A stretch of DNA of 64,000 nucleotides from Ramazzottius varieornatus. Taxonomy: Eukaryota > Animalia > Tardigrada. The notes below the pieces were generated by a model. The model was not told the origin of the DNA and searched no databases. It worked only from the letters and a program-made list of their open reading frames with translations. Each line of letters starts with the position of its first letter. Positions within the stretch are counted from its first letter, which is position 1. The DNA lies in NCBI GenBank assembly GCA_001949185.1, contig BDGG01000013.1, positions 1,566,617 through 1,630,616 on the forward strand, written 5' to 3'. Shown piece by piece: positions 9,826-22,472 of the stretch. The translations under genes were made by a program, and so were the position numbers.

Positions 9826-12800
9826 TCAAATCGTCAACCAAGAGCCATATTGTTCAGCCGTGCTTTTGATACATTCCATCAAGGATTCTTCAATGCCCAT
9901 TGTCACAGCAGTCTCACTTCTAAAACAAGGTTTTTTGGTCGAGTCACCAATTAAAATAAAACGTTGAGCAAGCATTAAAAAGCCATACAAGGAAGGCTGA
10001 AGCATCTGCGAGGCTTCATTGACCAGACAGACATCGAAGAACCGATGCATCAACGCCGGTTGTCGGAGTGTTCCGTTGGTGGTGGCCACTACGTTGGCTG
10101 ACCGAACGGTCTGAGCGAAAATGTCATAGTTGGTCTGAGAAGCGAGAACTTCCGGGGAGAGGTCCTTGAGCTCGGTGTGCATGCGAGAAGCCGGGCCAAG
10201 GCGAAGAAGCTTCACCGAAGAGTTGGTCTTCGCAGAAAGGAGGATATTGTCGAGTGTGGAACCGTTCGCGGAGAGGAAGAGAACGGACTGCTCACATCCG
10301 ACGAGTATCTGGAGAAGACTGGAGACGAAGGTGTTCGAATCTGGAATAAAAACAAAATGTGAAAAAAAAGCAAAAAGGATTCACGTTCGGAAAATCGAAC
10401 GGAAGCCGCCATGTTGCCAGCCGCAACCAGCGCGCATTTGATGCAACCCGTTTATTATCACCGAGGTCCCTCGTGCGCATTTGCCACTACGACTCGGGTG
10501 GAGATAAACCGAATCGAAAAACTCTGCGCATCATTCGAATTAGACCGGTAATGTAGAAGTTACCTGCGCAATTTTTGGTGTCGATGAAGACATAGTCGAG
10601 GCTCAGCAGACACTTCACCACGACCGCTTGTTGTTCTCTTGGGAGGATCCTGATCAGACACCGCGTATCCAGTAGCTGTTTCTTCGGCATCTGTGTCGCG
10701 ACCTGCGGCTTCTCTTTGTCCAGAAATAGCTTCCTTAACCTATCGTTCTTCTCCCCCTGCTCCATCAACTTCATCAAGCCATCGTACGCTCCTGCCATCG
10801 ACGACGCCGAGTAGATGTATTTGTCTACACGAAGGAGTCGACTTTTCAGTTTCGGATCTTGAAAAAACCTGTCAGCTTGAACCTACAAATGACATGAAAA
10901 TACTTTCAACAAGGGGGAAAAGCAAAGGGGGAACTCTTGCATTTCGGGACTGCAGGAGGAAGTTAAACGGGAGACCCTTACCTGTAGTTTCGTCAACGGG
11001 CTTTTCTCAATGGAAGTGATTGTACAGTAATCAATCACTACACCGTCGTTGTTGTCTTCTCGCAACAGAACTAAGTCGCCCACGCTGAGTGAAGTATTCG
11101 TTGGGAAAGGTGCAGCGAGGGTGTAGGATAGGAGCTGGTTGGGTGTGGGGGAGATGTCGGTGATGCGGAGACCGCTGACGGAATGTGGGGCCTTGTCGGA
11201 GGAGACTTCACCGTCTTTCTTTAACCAGAGATCGAGCACGGAAGACTTTTGAGAGGAATGCTGCGTCTCGATGTACAGTATAAGCATCCAGCGCTCGAAG
11301 TAGGAGAGATGAACATCGGTCAAGTGCGAAGTCTTGGCTTTGAGGAGCTGATGAATATAATGCCCATCCGGCAAAGTCTGAAGAAAAAACACACTGTTTC
11401 AAAAATCACAACAATCAAATAATCATCAAGACTGTAGAAAATCGAAGAAACGAAGAAAATCAGAAAATAACAATAAGGTAATGGTATTTAGGAATAATAA
11501 CTGTAATGAAAAATGGAGCTTTATAGTATCTTAAAGGAACTCGCCAAGCACTCTTCCCTCTTGTGGCGCACGCATACAGTAATACTGGTTGAAACATTGC
11601 GCCACTTGGAAGAACAATCTGTTCGGCTCTGAACTGTTGTCCAAAGTGGCGAGCATTTCCGGTGTTAAAGCTGGAAACGTGCGCCATTGGGAAATGAATT
11701 TGATCAAGTTAGTTTGCGGAGCCCCTAAATAACAAATTCAAATTCTAGATCCGTTTTTGAAGGTACACCTGGATAACGTTTCGTGGTTCTTCCACTTGTT
11801 TGTAAAACAAGGAGCACATGGTCGACAGCTGACACTGCGAGCATATTCTTTCGCTGTCAATCGGTGGTGGAAGGTTCATGACGGCTTTTCCTTGAACGAA
11901 ATGACATCGCTTCAGGTAGTTGCTGATATCATTCCTCATCCTCACCAACGCGCTCAGCTCCGCCGGCTTGGCCGTCACCGTCTTCCATTCGCCGCTCTTG
12001 GCGTAGTAGAGAATCCCCTCTTTTATGTCCATCCTGTATTTCTCTGAGAGAAGAAGCGTGTACAGCAAAACTTGTCCGGTGTGCGATATTGCATAGGAAG
12101 TCTTTCCTACAATCACGAACAATTAATACAGAAATAAAATACGGTAAAAAAATATTCGATTTTGGAGATTTTTGACCAATTTTTCACCTTGCCTGTTTTG
12201 ATCTCCAAAGGTTTGATTCCACCCGGTGTCTTCAACGTCATATCCACCCTTCCTTTCACACCATACCTCGGCGACCATATCCATTCCTCGATATCCACGA
12301 TGCTCACCGCCGGATTATTGAGCTCAGTCCAAGCCCAGCTTTCGATGTTCGGAATGAACCCTGAAGCGATCTCCCTCACCCTCTCCTCATTCACATTCAA
12401 CGCATACATGTCCTGTCTATACCTCGGATCGACTAGCAACTTGTCCAGAATACTCTGCGAGGACTCAGCGACGACTCCAGACTTTACAGACACAACAAAA
12501 GCCACGGAGATACGCTGCATCAAGTCATGGACAAGTGTCCCGATGAACATTTCCATGGACGTGTCCGACCGAACGATCTCCTGTAACAGAGCTTTCCTCT
12601 CGCAGTAGTTGGCTCCACCGATGAGTGTAGGGGATATTAATGTATCCGGATGCAGGATGAGGTAGTTGGCTTGGTCGGAAACGACGCAGGTGTGAGTGTC
12701 GGGGTCAAATGTCCCAATGATAATGACAGTGTCTCCGACTGCAACCCGCGTCTGAACCCAAAATCCTTCGAGTATGCAGAACGTCTGTACATCGTTCTGA

Positions 12801-13228
12801 GCTTCAATGAAGGGTGAAATGTTCAGCACCACTGTTGATCCTTTCCGTTCGATGTGCCTCACACAAAAAAGTGGAAGCTTGGAAGATTTCCTGACGCTTG
12901 CTGAGAATGACCCCATGTTATCAATGAATCAACAGTGAAACGAAAGAACCAACCTGTTGGAGCCGTCTTCTTCTCTGTGGGTAATTTAAACGGGATTTTT
13001 GGTATGGAAGTGGGCAGATCACCTGCCGAGTTGTGCGCTTTGTTCTTGGACGGAGATTTTAGGTGGCCGAACTCGACGCATAGTCGCTTGATGGCAGGAG
13101 AATCGGGATCGTCCAGACGGCTGATGTCCGGTGTGGACAAACACAAGCTCTGGAAAAAAGATGCAAGTTTACTGTAGTGCTGGAAAGTATTAACTATGGA
13201 AAGCTTGCCTTACCTGCTGTGTCATCAT
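9826..13228 (-). CDS. DNA2: DNA2 nuclease with a degenerate, truncated helicase; multi-exon
   Basis: LILHPDTLISPT..YCERK, GTLVHDLMQ, IEEWIWSPRYGVKGRVD..PLEIKTGK, QVLLYTLL, CSQCQLSTMC (Fe-S cysteines), LRKLFLD, VVATT..FDVCLVNEASQ..FILIGD. Confidence 0.9.
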
Positions 13229-13891
13229 CCTCTTGGTCGAAGTTAGTGGGAACATTTCTCCAGATTATGAGGTAAAACAGTTAAGATTACGGGACCACAG
13301 CAAGGTGGAACTGTGGAAGAACAACAAACAAGCGGGATATTTCTACAAAGTATAACTGAAAAAATTCAAAAATCGAAGTTTTGGTTATGAACTCCCTGCG
13401 GGTAAACCGTCGAGGCTAACCGTCACGGTTAGCCCGAACTAAGCGAGATGAGCGCAGAATTGGCTTAAGCTTGTGGCAGGGCTAAAGCCCAACACAATCC
13501 CGGGCTTTGTTTCCCCTCAATAACTATATCGGGGGTTCGAGGTTTCGGCACGGCCCTATAAAAGACCTCGAAAAATTTGGTTCCCACTCGGAGACGAGAC
13601 TACAGCACGGCCCGCGCTAGAAACCAGCTTCCAGGCCTCCAATTCTATTTCTTGACTTTTTTCTTTCCAGTCCGCGAAACGAAGACCGAGCTACCTCCTA
13701 TTCGCAAATGGTGTTTTGGAGAGGCGATTGGAGATCCGGCTCTAAGGAGCTCAGCGGTAAGTGTGGATAGGAAGAAGGAGCAGCCGAGAACTGTCGTCTT
13801 CCGAATCGTTTATGGGTTACTGTATTGACTAATTTTCTGCCTTTCAGTCTGTTCAATCAACATTCAAGCGGTTGTCCATCTTCAACACTGA

Positions 13892-15495
13892 ATGGATGTC
13901 GATCAGGCCCATTCTCGCCTCGGCGCCAACTACAACGGCCACCCTGATGAAGATACCGTCGAAACCACCTTCTCGGAATCTGAAGAAGAGGAATTCGGGC
14001 CAGTGATCAGCTTGGCCGACGGGTACGTCGACGGCGACGAAGAAGAGCCGCTCTTCACTCCGCCTTTGTACATTCAGCGATACTGCCAAGTTGAGGAAAC
14101 CATCGAAGACTTCATCGCTGGTGGCAACGTGGTTACATCTCTCGTGGATCTGGGTTGCGCGGAGTTGAAGTTTCTCATTCGCGCCAAGAACGGTAGCAAG
14201 TTCAGGCGCATCGTCGGTGTCGATCAAGACGAATTCCTCCTTGGCAGCAACTCGCGCAAAATCAACCCTGGTGTCTTCGAGATGATCAACAAGCGCGATA
14301 TCCCGCTGAAGATGGAGGTTTATGCTGGGGACGCCACGGTTCCTGACGCTCGACTAGTGAATGTCGATGTGGTGTCGGCCATCGAGCTGATCGAGCATAT
14401 GGACGAACCAACGCATGTTCCTTTGGTCTCTACTGTCTTTGGTGTCATGCAACCCTTACTGGCTATCTTCACCACGCCGAATGTGGAGTACAACCCGCTT
14501 TTTCCTGGTGGAAGTATTCAGCAGAGACGACACTGGGATCATCGCTTCGAATGGACTCGCGAACAGCTCCAAGCTTGGTATGTTAGACTCGAGTCGAGGA
14601 ACGTAATCTCCCAATGATATTACTTCTGATCAATCAATAACCAATCACCTCCTTTCGTGAGGTACGGTACACTGATGCTGTGGTAACGGCGCCGCGGCGC
14701 GCTTCGTACTGCTGTAACTGTAACCACGGGGTAAAGTTGGGACATGGTACGAAGATACAGTACCGCGATGACGTATACTGTACACGCGTACAGAACTTCC
14801 GTAACTGCTGCCTGGTGTTGTTTGAATTTCGGATTTCTTTGTCGTTTATGAATGTTTCTGTCTTTTGCAGGGGCAATGACGTTGTGAAGCTTCATCCGTA
14901 CACCGTGAAGTACACTGGTGTGGGAGAAGGCCCGCCAGGTACTGCGGAGACTCACGGTTACTGTTCCCAGACTGCCATCTTCACCCGCGACCCTGCCGTT
15001 CCCCGAACCAACCATTCCATCACCGTTCTTCCCCACAAGCTGATGCGTGAAGTGGACTATCCCTGGGCACCTCCGAAGACACTCGAAGAAGAGATCCTGG
15101 AGATTATGGACGCCGAGTGTTACTCACAAGCCAAAGACCTAAAAGAAGCCGAAGAGAACGCTGGAAGGTTCAACCAGGAATGGTTCACATTCAGTGTGGC
15201 TGACTTGTATGAAGCGCGATGGAGACTGCAGTCGATGTTGAAGCCTCCCAGTCACCTGGACTACATTCGTCGGGCATTGGGCAAGAGCAGGGACGAGTCG
15301 TTGAAGTACGATGCGGAGAACGATACGGTGTCGTATCAGCTGCTGGGTCCCGAGCATTACGATGAAGACCTGTATGATGACGGACCGAATATCGATATGG
15401 GGAACTACGATCACTTGGGTCGCAAAATGGAGATGGACCAACTTGTGGAGGAACTGAACGACCCCGAGGAAAGAGACGACGACTGCTGGGGCTGA
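13892..15495 (+). CDS. HENMT1: Small RNA 2'-O-methyltransferase HEN1
   Basis: FTPPLYIQRY, VDLGCAE (SAM binding), IELIEH, TPNVEYN, RHWDHRFEWTR, intron ~14578-14870, then VGEGP..GYCSQTAIF and an acidic tail. Confidence 0.93.
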
Positions 15496-15842
15496 GAGCT
15501 GTGTCTCCTAGTACGTACGTCTTTCGTTCACGAATCTTGTCTGAATTTTGGTGACGCTCAATCGAACAATACTTGGTGTTTTGAAGATTTGAACGTAAGT
15601 TACAAGGTACATCTGCTTCGGTCTTCTCTCGTTTAAGTCTTTAGGTTTCTGCTACCAGATCTCGAGCACAATTGATTCCCTGTTTTGTGAAAGAGATTAG
15701 ATGTTGGTGTTGTCTCTCTGATACAAATACTGTTGTGGCGAAATAACTGTTGACTCGGTAACGGGCCCAGAAATGAAATAGATGGAAAATTCCGTGAAAG
15801 CTCGGGTGTGTCTGAGAGTTGATATTCAAGGTTAGGCTGACA

Positions 15843-16687
15843 ATGCCACCGAAAGCGAAGGGGAAAGGTAAGGGAAAGAAAACCCCAGTTGAGCCTCCCA
15901 AACCAGTTCCCGACCTGGAATGGGAAGAAATTCCGTACATCTGTCCCTCATACAATCAGTTGTTCAATCAGAAAATCCGAATTCGTATTCGGTCATTATT
16001 CGCCATGATGGACGTACAGAAGCAGAAACGGCTGGACACTTATCGAGCAGGACAGATGGTCAGAGTGGCTGGAATGTTTCCTTCTGATAAAGAAATGGAC
16101 GACTGGTTCCTGGAGATCGGAGCGAAGAAGGACGATGAACCAAAGGCGGGCGAGGAGGAGTTTTTGTTCGTCGAAAAGAATGCTTTGTGCGATGGAATAT
16201 ATGAGGTGTGGTCAGTTTCAAACTACGATATTTGGTAGGCCGGCGAACGGAACGTCCGATTTTGTTATGCCAGGTGGCGCACAACATCAGTTGATAACAC
16301 TGTAAGTGTGCGCCACTTGAGATAACAGTTATGTTCTTCTTATTTGCTGGTCTGTAATGTTTATTCGATTGATCCTAGTTGCTGAGACAAGGAAGGTGGA
16401 AGCCTCCTTCGCCGAAGAATGCCATAGCGGCGTGGCGGAGGTTAGACATGGCGCAGAAGGGGAAGTTCAACGCGGAGAACATAGGGGATATGTTTGCTCA
16501 GGAGGAGAAGGATAACGGCATGTCCCCAACCGAGCTGAAACGGATGATACAGTGGGTTAGTGAAATGCCGGGTGGTGAGATGGACTATGTCAACTACGTG
16601 GACTACTGGTACAAGACGCTGTTGCAGAACAGGATACCGCGACCTAAAGATCGGCAACCGCGACGACAGTTCGACGACACCATCTGA
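15843..16687 (+). CDS. EFCAB2: EF-hand dynein regulatory complex subunit 8-like (EFCAB2/DRC8)
   Basis: Two exons (15843-16206, 16379-16687). IRSLFAMMD..GQMVRVAGMFPSDKEM and LLRQGRWKP..AWRRLD..KG..MSPTELKRM..DYVNY follow the calmodulin-like EFCAB2 pattern. Confidence 0.65.
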
Positions 16688-16958
16688 GTTCCGACGAGCT
16701 GTACGTTAGCTGCGAGTGGTGACATCTTTGAGTAGCTGTGGTAACGTTCACTTACTTGAACGCTCAGGTGGCGTGAATTATTATTGTTCCGAATCTCGTG
16801 TTTACCTCTTTCCTTGTCCCTTAAGTAAGCTGTTTGGGTTTGGAAAAAAGTCGCTGTTGACAGTTGTAACTGTATCAATTGCCGTAGTAAAGTGACGAAT
16901 TTCAGAGTTGCCATCCCGCCGTCTCACCGTTCTGCTGCTCTGATAATTATCCTGAACT

Positions 16959-19421
16959 ATGTTAGGTGATATTGAGCATGGTATTCCGGACGTCGACCCT
17001 CTTTTTCGAGATCCGCACGAAATAGAGTTGTTGAAAAAGTTCTACGATAAGCATTCTTCAAGCTTCACACGGAGAGCTGCTTGTGCCGTCAACATCCTGG
17101 CTGCCGCTCGACCTCATGATCCCATCTCGCCATTCGTAAGAATTGTAAAATCAACGTAGTAAAGTGGCGAACTCCTGCTGATGTTGGATCTCGTTAGTAA
17201 TGATTTTCTGTAAGGTAGAAGTTTTCCGACCAAAGGCTCAGCAAGAGGTCACACGGCAAGTCGAAGCAAATCCTTTTTACTTTGCACCATTGGAATCAGA
17301 ACTGAAAGACATCACCATCCAGAGCGGCATCCACCTTGCTGGGAAGTTCTCGTTGGACATAGTTTTTGATTTGACATCTGAACTGCCGCAGGTAATTTGT
17401 CACCATCGCAAAGCAGTGTGGTAAGCAGCAGTACTAGACCGAAGTTACCTGACTGTCTGGGCAGGTATTTAGGATCGGTACTTTCTTCCACTTGATACGA
17501 GATGGAGTGACAAAGACCGACGTTCCGCCTGACGACCACGCGTTTCGCGAGACCGTGTTCAATAAGACCTTGATATTCGTGAAGGAATGGCAAGAAAATT
17601 TTCGTGGAACGCGGAACTCGCTTTGCGCACTCAGAGACTTTCTTGAGATGGATCACAACCTGACGTAAGTCCTTGTGCATACCTAACCATATAAACAGTT
17701 TAATCCTCAACTACTATAGATGATTATCTGAATTACAGAGAGTATTTCGATCAGAAGACAATCATTCCGGAGCCGCCGCCCAAACCTTACGATCTTTCCG
17801 GCAAAAAGATTAAAGATAAACACCCCGTAAGTTCTTACCCCCTGAACAACCTTTATTTTACAGCGGAACAACAGCATTTATTTTAGTTCTTCAAGCTACC
17901 TTGGCCGCCAAAGAAAAAACCCATTCAACGCATAAAGTACAACACTGTGGAAGATGGCTACGTCGGCATAGCGCTAGTCTCATTCTCAGCTGTGGTACTC
18001 GTGGCGAAGCAGCTCAATCTGCCTCTGCGCCGGTTCATTCGAGTCGTCGCGGCTGCGGTATTACCTGACATGGAATGGCCGGTGAAGATTCCCATGCCGA
18101 TGCTGACTGTCTTCACGAACCCAAAAGTGTCCTCGGGAAAGCTGCGCATCTTGTCCGAGGTGATGGTCACGCCCAACGGACCCTGGGAACCTGCAGAGGT
18201 AGGAATCCCTGCTGTCAGTCTTACCATAGTCGCTATGTCAAATGTCCACTCTAACGTATTACTCTACTGTATGTACTGCAGTTCTTCAGAAATGCCTATG
18301 GTATTGTGAAGAATTTCAAGGAGAGGATGACATTGAATCAGAACTGGGTACGCTACCGTGAAATAAGGTTCAACACTTCACATTCCTGTTTGTCAAACTC
18401 GACCTGATTTTTAGAGCATGGATAGTCGGGGAAGTGCCAGTTGGGGTCTTGAAAGAATAGTCGATGCCTTTGGTCCTTTACAAAAGTTGATGGACGACCA
18501 GAAGTTCAATGCCGGCTTTGCTGTAACGTTGAACACCACCGAACTAGTATCGAAAGTACGTTACTCAGATAGGAATGAAACACTCGGGTCTAATGACCTT
18601 AGCAAACATGCTAAAATCCGCAAGTGCACCTTCGTGTTTCCTGCAGGGTCAGTATGATGTGAAAGGAAAAGCCAAACCGCCGGAATCTGTCCTGAAGATC
18701 GTATCCGCACTTTTCCGAAAATACCGTGGGATGGTTGCGATCCTGAATCCCCTCAACGCGGAAGTAAGCTCATCGTTTGAACTTCCATTGCTCGTTAACA
18801 TCCGCGCAGAGCCGTCACCAATTTTTTCCACCTATTTTAGCATCGGGACAAACTAAAACCCTTCTGCGAGAAATGGGCAAAACGTCTGCGTCAACCATAC
18901 CTGTTCCACGAGAACTTTGCAGTTTTTAACGAAACATTAGCTGGCTTTCCAGCATGCTTCCGCGGCGCTCTGATCAGCATCAAGGGAGAAGACACAGTTC
19001 GCGATATTATTCTTCGGATGGCGGAAGCGCAAAGTATCAATACATTTTCTTTCTGCACCCTAGCCATTGTTTCCACGTTCAACAACAGGCATATTTCGTT
19101 TGTTTAGGTTTGGAGCTTCCGGTATGCCTACAGAATAGCACAGGTTTAACTTTCGCGGACTCATCCATCTTACTAGAAATCGGCGTCGGACTGGGCGTGG
19201 ACTACGTCAAGCTGGACGCACCTGGTCGGCCAGAAATTTTCTCAGCTGCTGAGAAGTATCTAAATATCACAGAAGCTCACTCCAACCGACAACCCAAATC
19301 ATTTTCGACAACCGTCAAGGAATTGCGTGACTCGATGCCCAAGATTTATTCGGGCTTTCCGGTTTATACTGTTAACCCTAGTGCTAGTTATGTACAAGAA
19401 AAACGCGAGAATTACCGGTAA
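16959..19421 (+). CDS. ENO4: Enolase-4-like protein (divergent, multi-exon)
   Basis: N-terminal docking-like segment (KFYDKH..ILAAARPHDP). IALVSFSAVV..LNLPLRRFI..IPMPMLTVFTNPKVSSGKLRILSEVMVTP and ILLEIGVGLGVDYVKLDAPGRPE resemble ENO4/enolase segments. Internal exon boundaries were not all resolved. Confidence 0.65.
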
Positions 19422-19820
19422 CAGAAGTCCACGAATGCAAGTTAACTTTTTCTTGAACCCCGTGTCTGACCGCCTTGCTTGAAGTCATTACGGCAAATAA
19501 AGATTGCGCGAGGAAGAGGTCTCCGGGGCTGCTTATGGTTTCTAGGAAAGAGAAGTCGTTGCGGCTATTAGGCATTTCCGCTTGCCTCACGCGTGATACA
19601 GATTTTCACCCAAAAATTCGTCATGTGGTCTTCGGTCGATTCGACGCTGCGTCTGGGGTGCTGTCTAAACTCTAAACACCTACAGACACTCGGCCGAGGG
19701 TCGCCCTGTGGACCGCAAGTCTTGGTCACGCTTTATCAACTCTAGTGCGACTATATACAAGAGATACATGAGAAAGCTGGACAGTTACGCTTCACGGATA
19801 TTCAGAGTGGTATCGGTAAC

Positions 19821-20539
19821 TTATTGAACTGCGGGTTCGGGATGTGTAGCTGGTTGCTCTAGGCTGAGTGTCTTCCGCATGAAGTCGAAAAGTAACTTGC
19901 GCTCTTGTATTTCCATGGCAAGTCGCGCTTCTCGTTCTTTCTTCTCCGTTTCCCATCGCAACTTTTCCAAGTCGAGCCTCAGTCGTTGCATTTGAAGTTC
20001 TTCCCGATGCAGCGCGATCTCTTCTCGTCGACGCAGGTCCTCGGCTCTTCGAGACTCCATGTGTTCCTTTGCCCAAGTACGGTCCTCGTCGTGGCCGTGA
20101 TGTGCCGTAGCGTGGTAGCCTTCATGAGTACCATCTGTGAAAACCGAACCATTGTACCATTGAATAACCCCAATCACTCAATCACCACCGCTAAAGCCAA
20201 CTATCGTCGCCGCTCTTCCATTCGTTGTGAAACTCAAAACGCGGTCCTAAACTTCAACATATAGTACGTTTCGTCGGGTCTGGACGAACTTTCCTGCACA
20301 ATTAGGCAAATAGCAGACGAATACCTACGTGCCGCAGAGTCGTGGTCGTGGTGCTCATGTTCATGCCCGGCGTGCTCATGCTCCGAATGTTCATGCTCAT
20401 GCTCATGTTCATGCTCATGCTCCTCTCCACCGTGCTCATGTTCGTGCTCGTGGCCCTCGTGGGTCTCGGCTTCCGGGTCGTGGGCCGCTTCTCCGTGCTC
20501 GTGCTCGTGGCCCGCCGCCGCTTCTTCGTGGTCAGCCAT
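19821..20539 (-). CDS. His/Glu-repeat protein with a C-terminal coiled coil, ~174 aa
   Basis: Exons 20539-20329 and 20134-19821 join in phase 1. (HE)n-rich N-terminal half, then RREEIALHREELQMQRLRLDLEKLRWETEKKEREARLAMEIQERK. Confidence 0.7.
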
Positions 20540-21110
20540 ATTACAGAAATTTGTGTCAAACTAATACAGTAATAATGTTCGGGAAAAACTAGTACGGAAG
20601 TAATTCCGACAACTTTGCCCTCGTTTTACGCCAGATGGAACGACCAGTCTGTCGAAGTTAGTATCTAAGTTACTGCACCCCGTACAACCATTGTCCATTG
20701 ATTGTCATCTTCGGGGACCTCAGCCTTGAACTCGTTCAAGATAATCGTACGGCGCATTTCGATTTAACTTAACACCTTGAGCACCACGCGATTTCATGCT
20801 TTGAGACTACGAGGTGGGAAAGTCACTTTCGTCTCTTTTTAACCGGTCAAAACTAGGGGGCGGCTCCAAATTGGGCCAGTCATAACCTACTCGATCGGCT
20901 AAAATTTGGGAACATGCTGTAAAGTGCGCCACCTACCAAGTCAAAACGGCCAACCTTCATGATTTTATCTTGACCACTGAGCAGATCTTTTCACGGATCT
21001 GAAACTCTTGCAAAATGGAAAAATGTTTGGTCTCAAGCTACAATTTTTTGTGGACTCTGAACCAACCGACAACCTGGCTGGGAAAAAAATTGCCTGGCTA
21101 CGACGAAATT

Positions 21111-22472
21111 TCAAGAACGGAAAAAATCCAGACAGTTTTGTAGAGCTATCGACCAGTGGCCGTTAGTTGCAGCTTGAAGAGAAGTTGATTCTTCAGGCAA
21201 ACGAGAAAAACCGAGCAGAAAAAGCTTAACTGGAATTCCGCTACATACAAATTGGTGTGCGCCAGGAAAGTGAGTTTCCCGCCCGGTGCTCAAGGTGTTA
21301 ACTGATACATGAAAAGAAGGCGGCAACGATAGGTTTTTGGGTGGCAAGTTCCGATGCGGTGACCATCTATACTTCATAAAAGACCCACCTGTTTCTGAAT
21401 TCGCTTCTCCCGAAAAGGTTGTCAAATATTCATGTACTCCATTCTCAGTTTCATTCGGGCCATCGTTGCCTTCCGGAAGCTCGTACCCAAGGTGCGGACA
21501 TTGTACCGACGAGTGTGCACGGCGCGTTCTTGTTGACGCCAGCGATTGTTTATCAGTTAAATAGGGCCTAAAGCGACGAGTTTTGTTTACCTTTACTGAT
21601 GCTCGAACAGCTGATTCTTCACTTTCTCCAGCCACGTTCACTCCACTTTCTTCCTTTATCTTGCTCAACTCTTCCAGCAACTCTCGGCGAGTTGAGTTCG
21701 TTTCGATATCGAGTCTTTCGCTCAACTTCGGGTGGCCACTATTGAAATGATGGAGTAGTTGTTCGACTCGCTTGTGACAGTTGCGCGCCGAGTATTCCCC
21801 GTCTCCGGTTGTTTCCTGCAACCTTTTAGCAACCTTCTGCCATATTCTGTTTCGAAGAGATGGGCCGATAGTGTAGACGTTCTCTTCGATGGTTATTTGA
21901 AGAACGACCACGTCAAGTTTAGCGGTCCACAAGCGTCGCATATCTTCTTCGCTTCCATCAGCTTCGTCCTCGTCTTCCTCTCCTTCCACTTGAATTTCGT
22001 CCGAGTTGCATTCATTGTCACCTTCCGGGACCCTGCTGTGACCCTGAAAAAAAGACAATTCTAGTAAAGAACGGTAAGTAGATCTATTATCGACCGAGAA
22101 TGGTACGCGCGACTTAAACATCAATCCGAGTTAAAGTTTGTATATGACGTCACCAAGCAGCAGGAATTTTTCATCAATATGCGTCACTCGTCAATGCCAC
22201 TATGACGTCATGCGTACCTCTAGCATGTCCTGGTGCTGGGATTCGATGTGTTGTTGGAAGTTGCTGTAGCCGGATTGCGCTCGAACAAGCTTTTCTTCCG
22301 GGCAGAACAGACAGATACCAGTGTGAACCGAAACCTTCTTGTTGTTTCTGGTTTGGTCGTATCGGGTTGCTTTGGACTTGAAGTATTCCAGAAAGTAATC
22401 TTTGGCGACACGGTTGACTTTCCCATCCTTCAGCTCTTCTCCATGATCCGCTATGTTGTCCTCCCCAACCAT
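21111..22472 (-). CDS. BED zinc finger + Myb/SANT-like (MADF/trihelix) DNA-binding protein
   Basis: Exon 22472-22218 (FLEYF...CLFC...YSNFQQHIESQH) is spliced in phase 0 to 22043 (WTAKLD..IWQKVAKRL..YSARNCHKRVEQLL). The 3' end is uncertain. Confidence 0.7.

Noticed and set aside
20329-20592. Met/Leu- or Ala/His-repeat ORFs on the plus strand and in other frames
   Set aside because: These are shadow frames of the His-Glu repeat gene.
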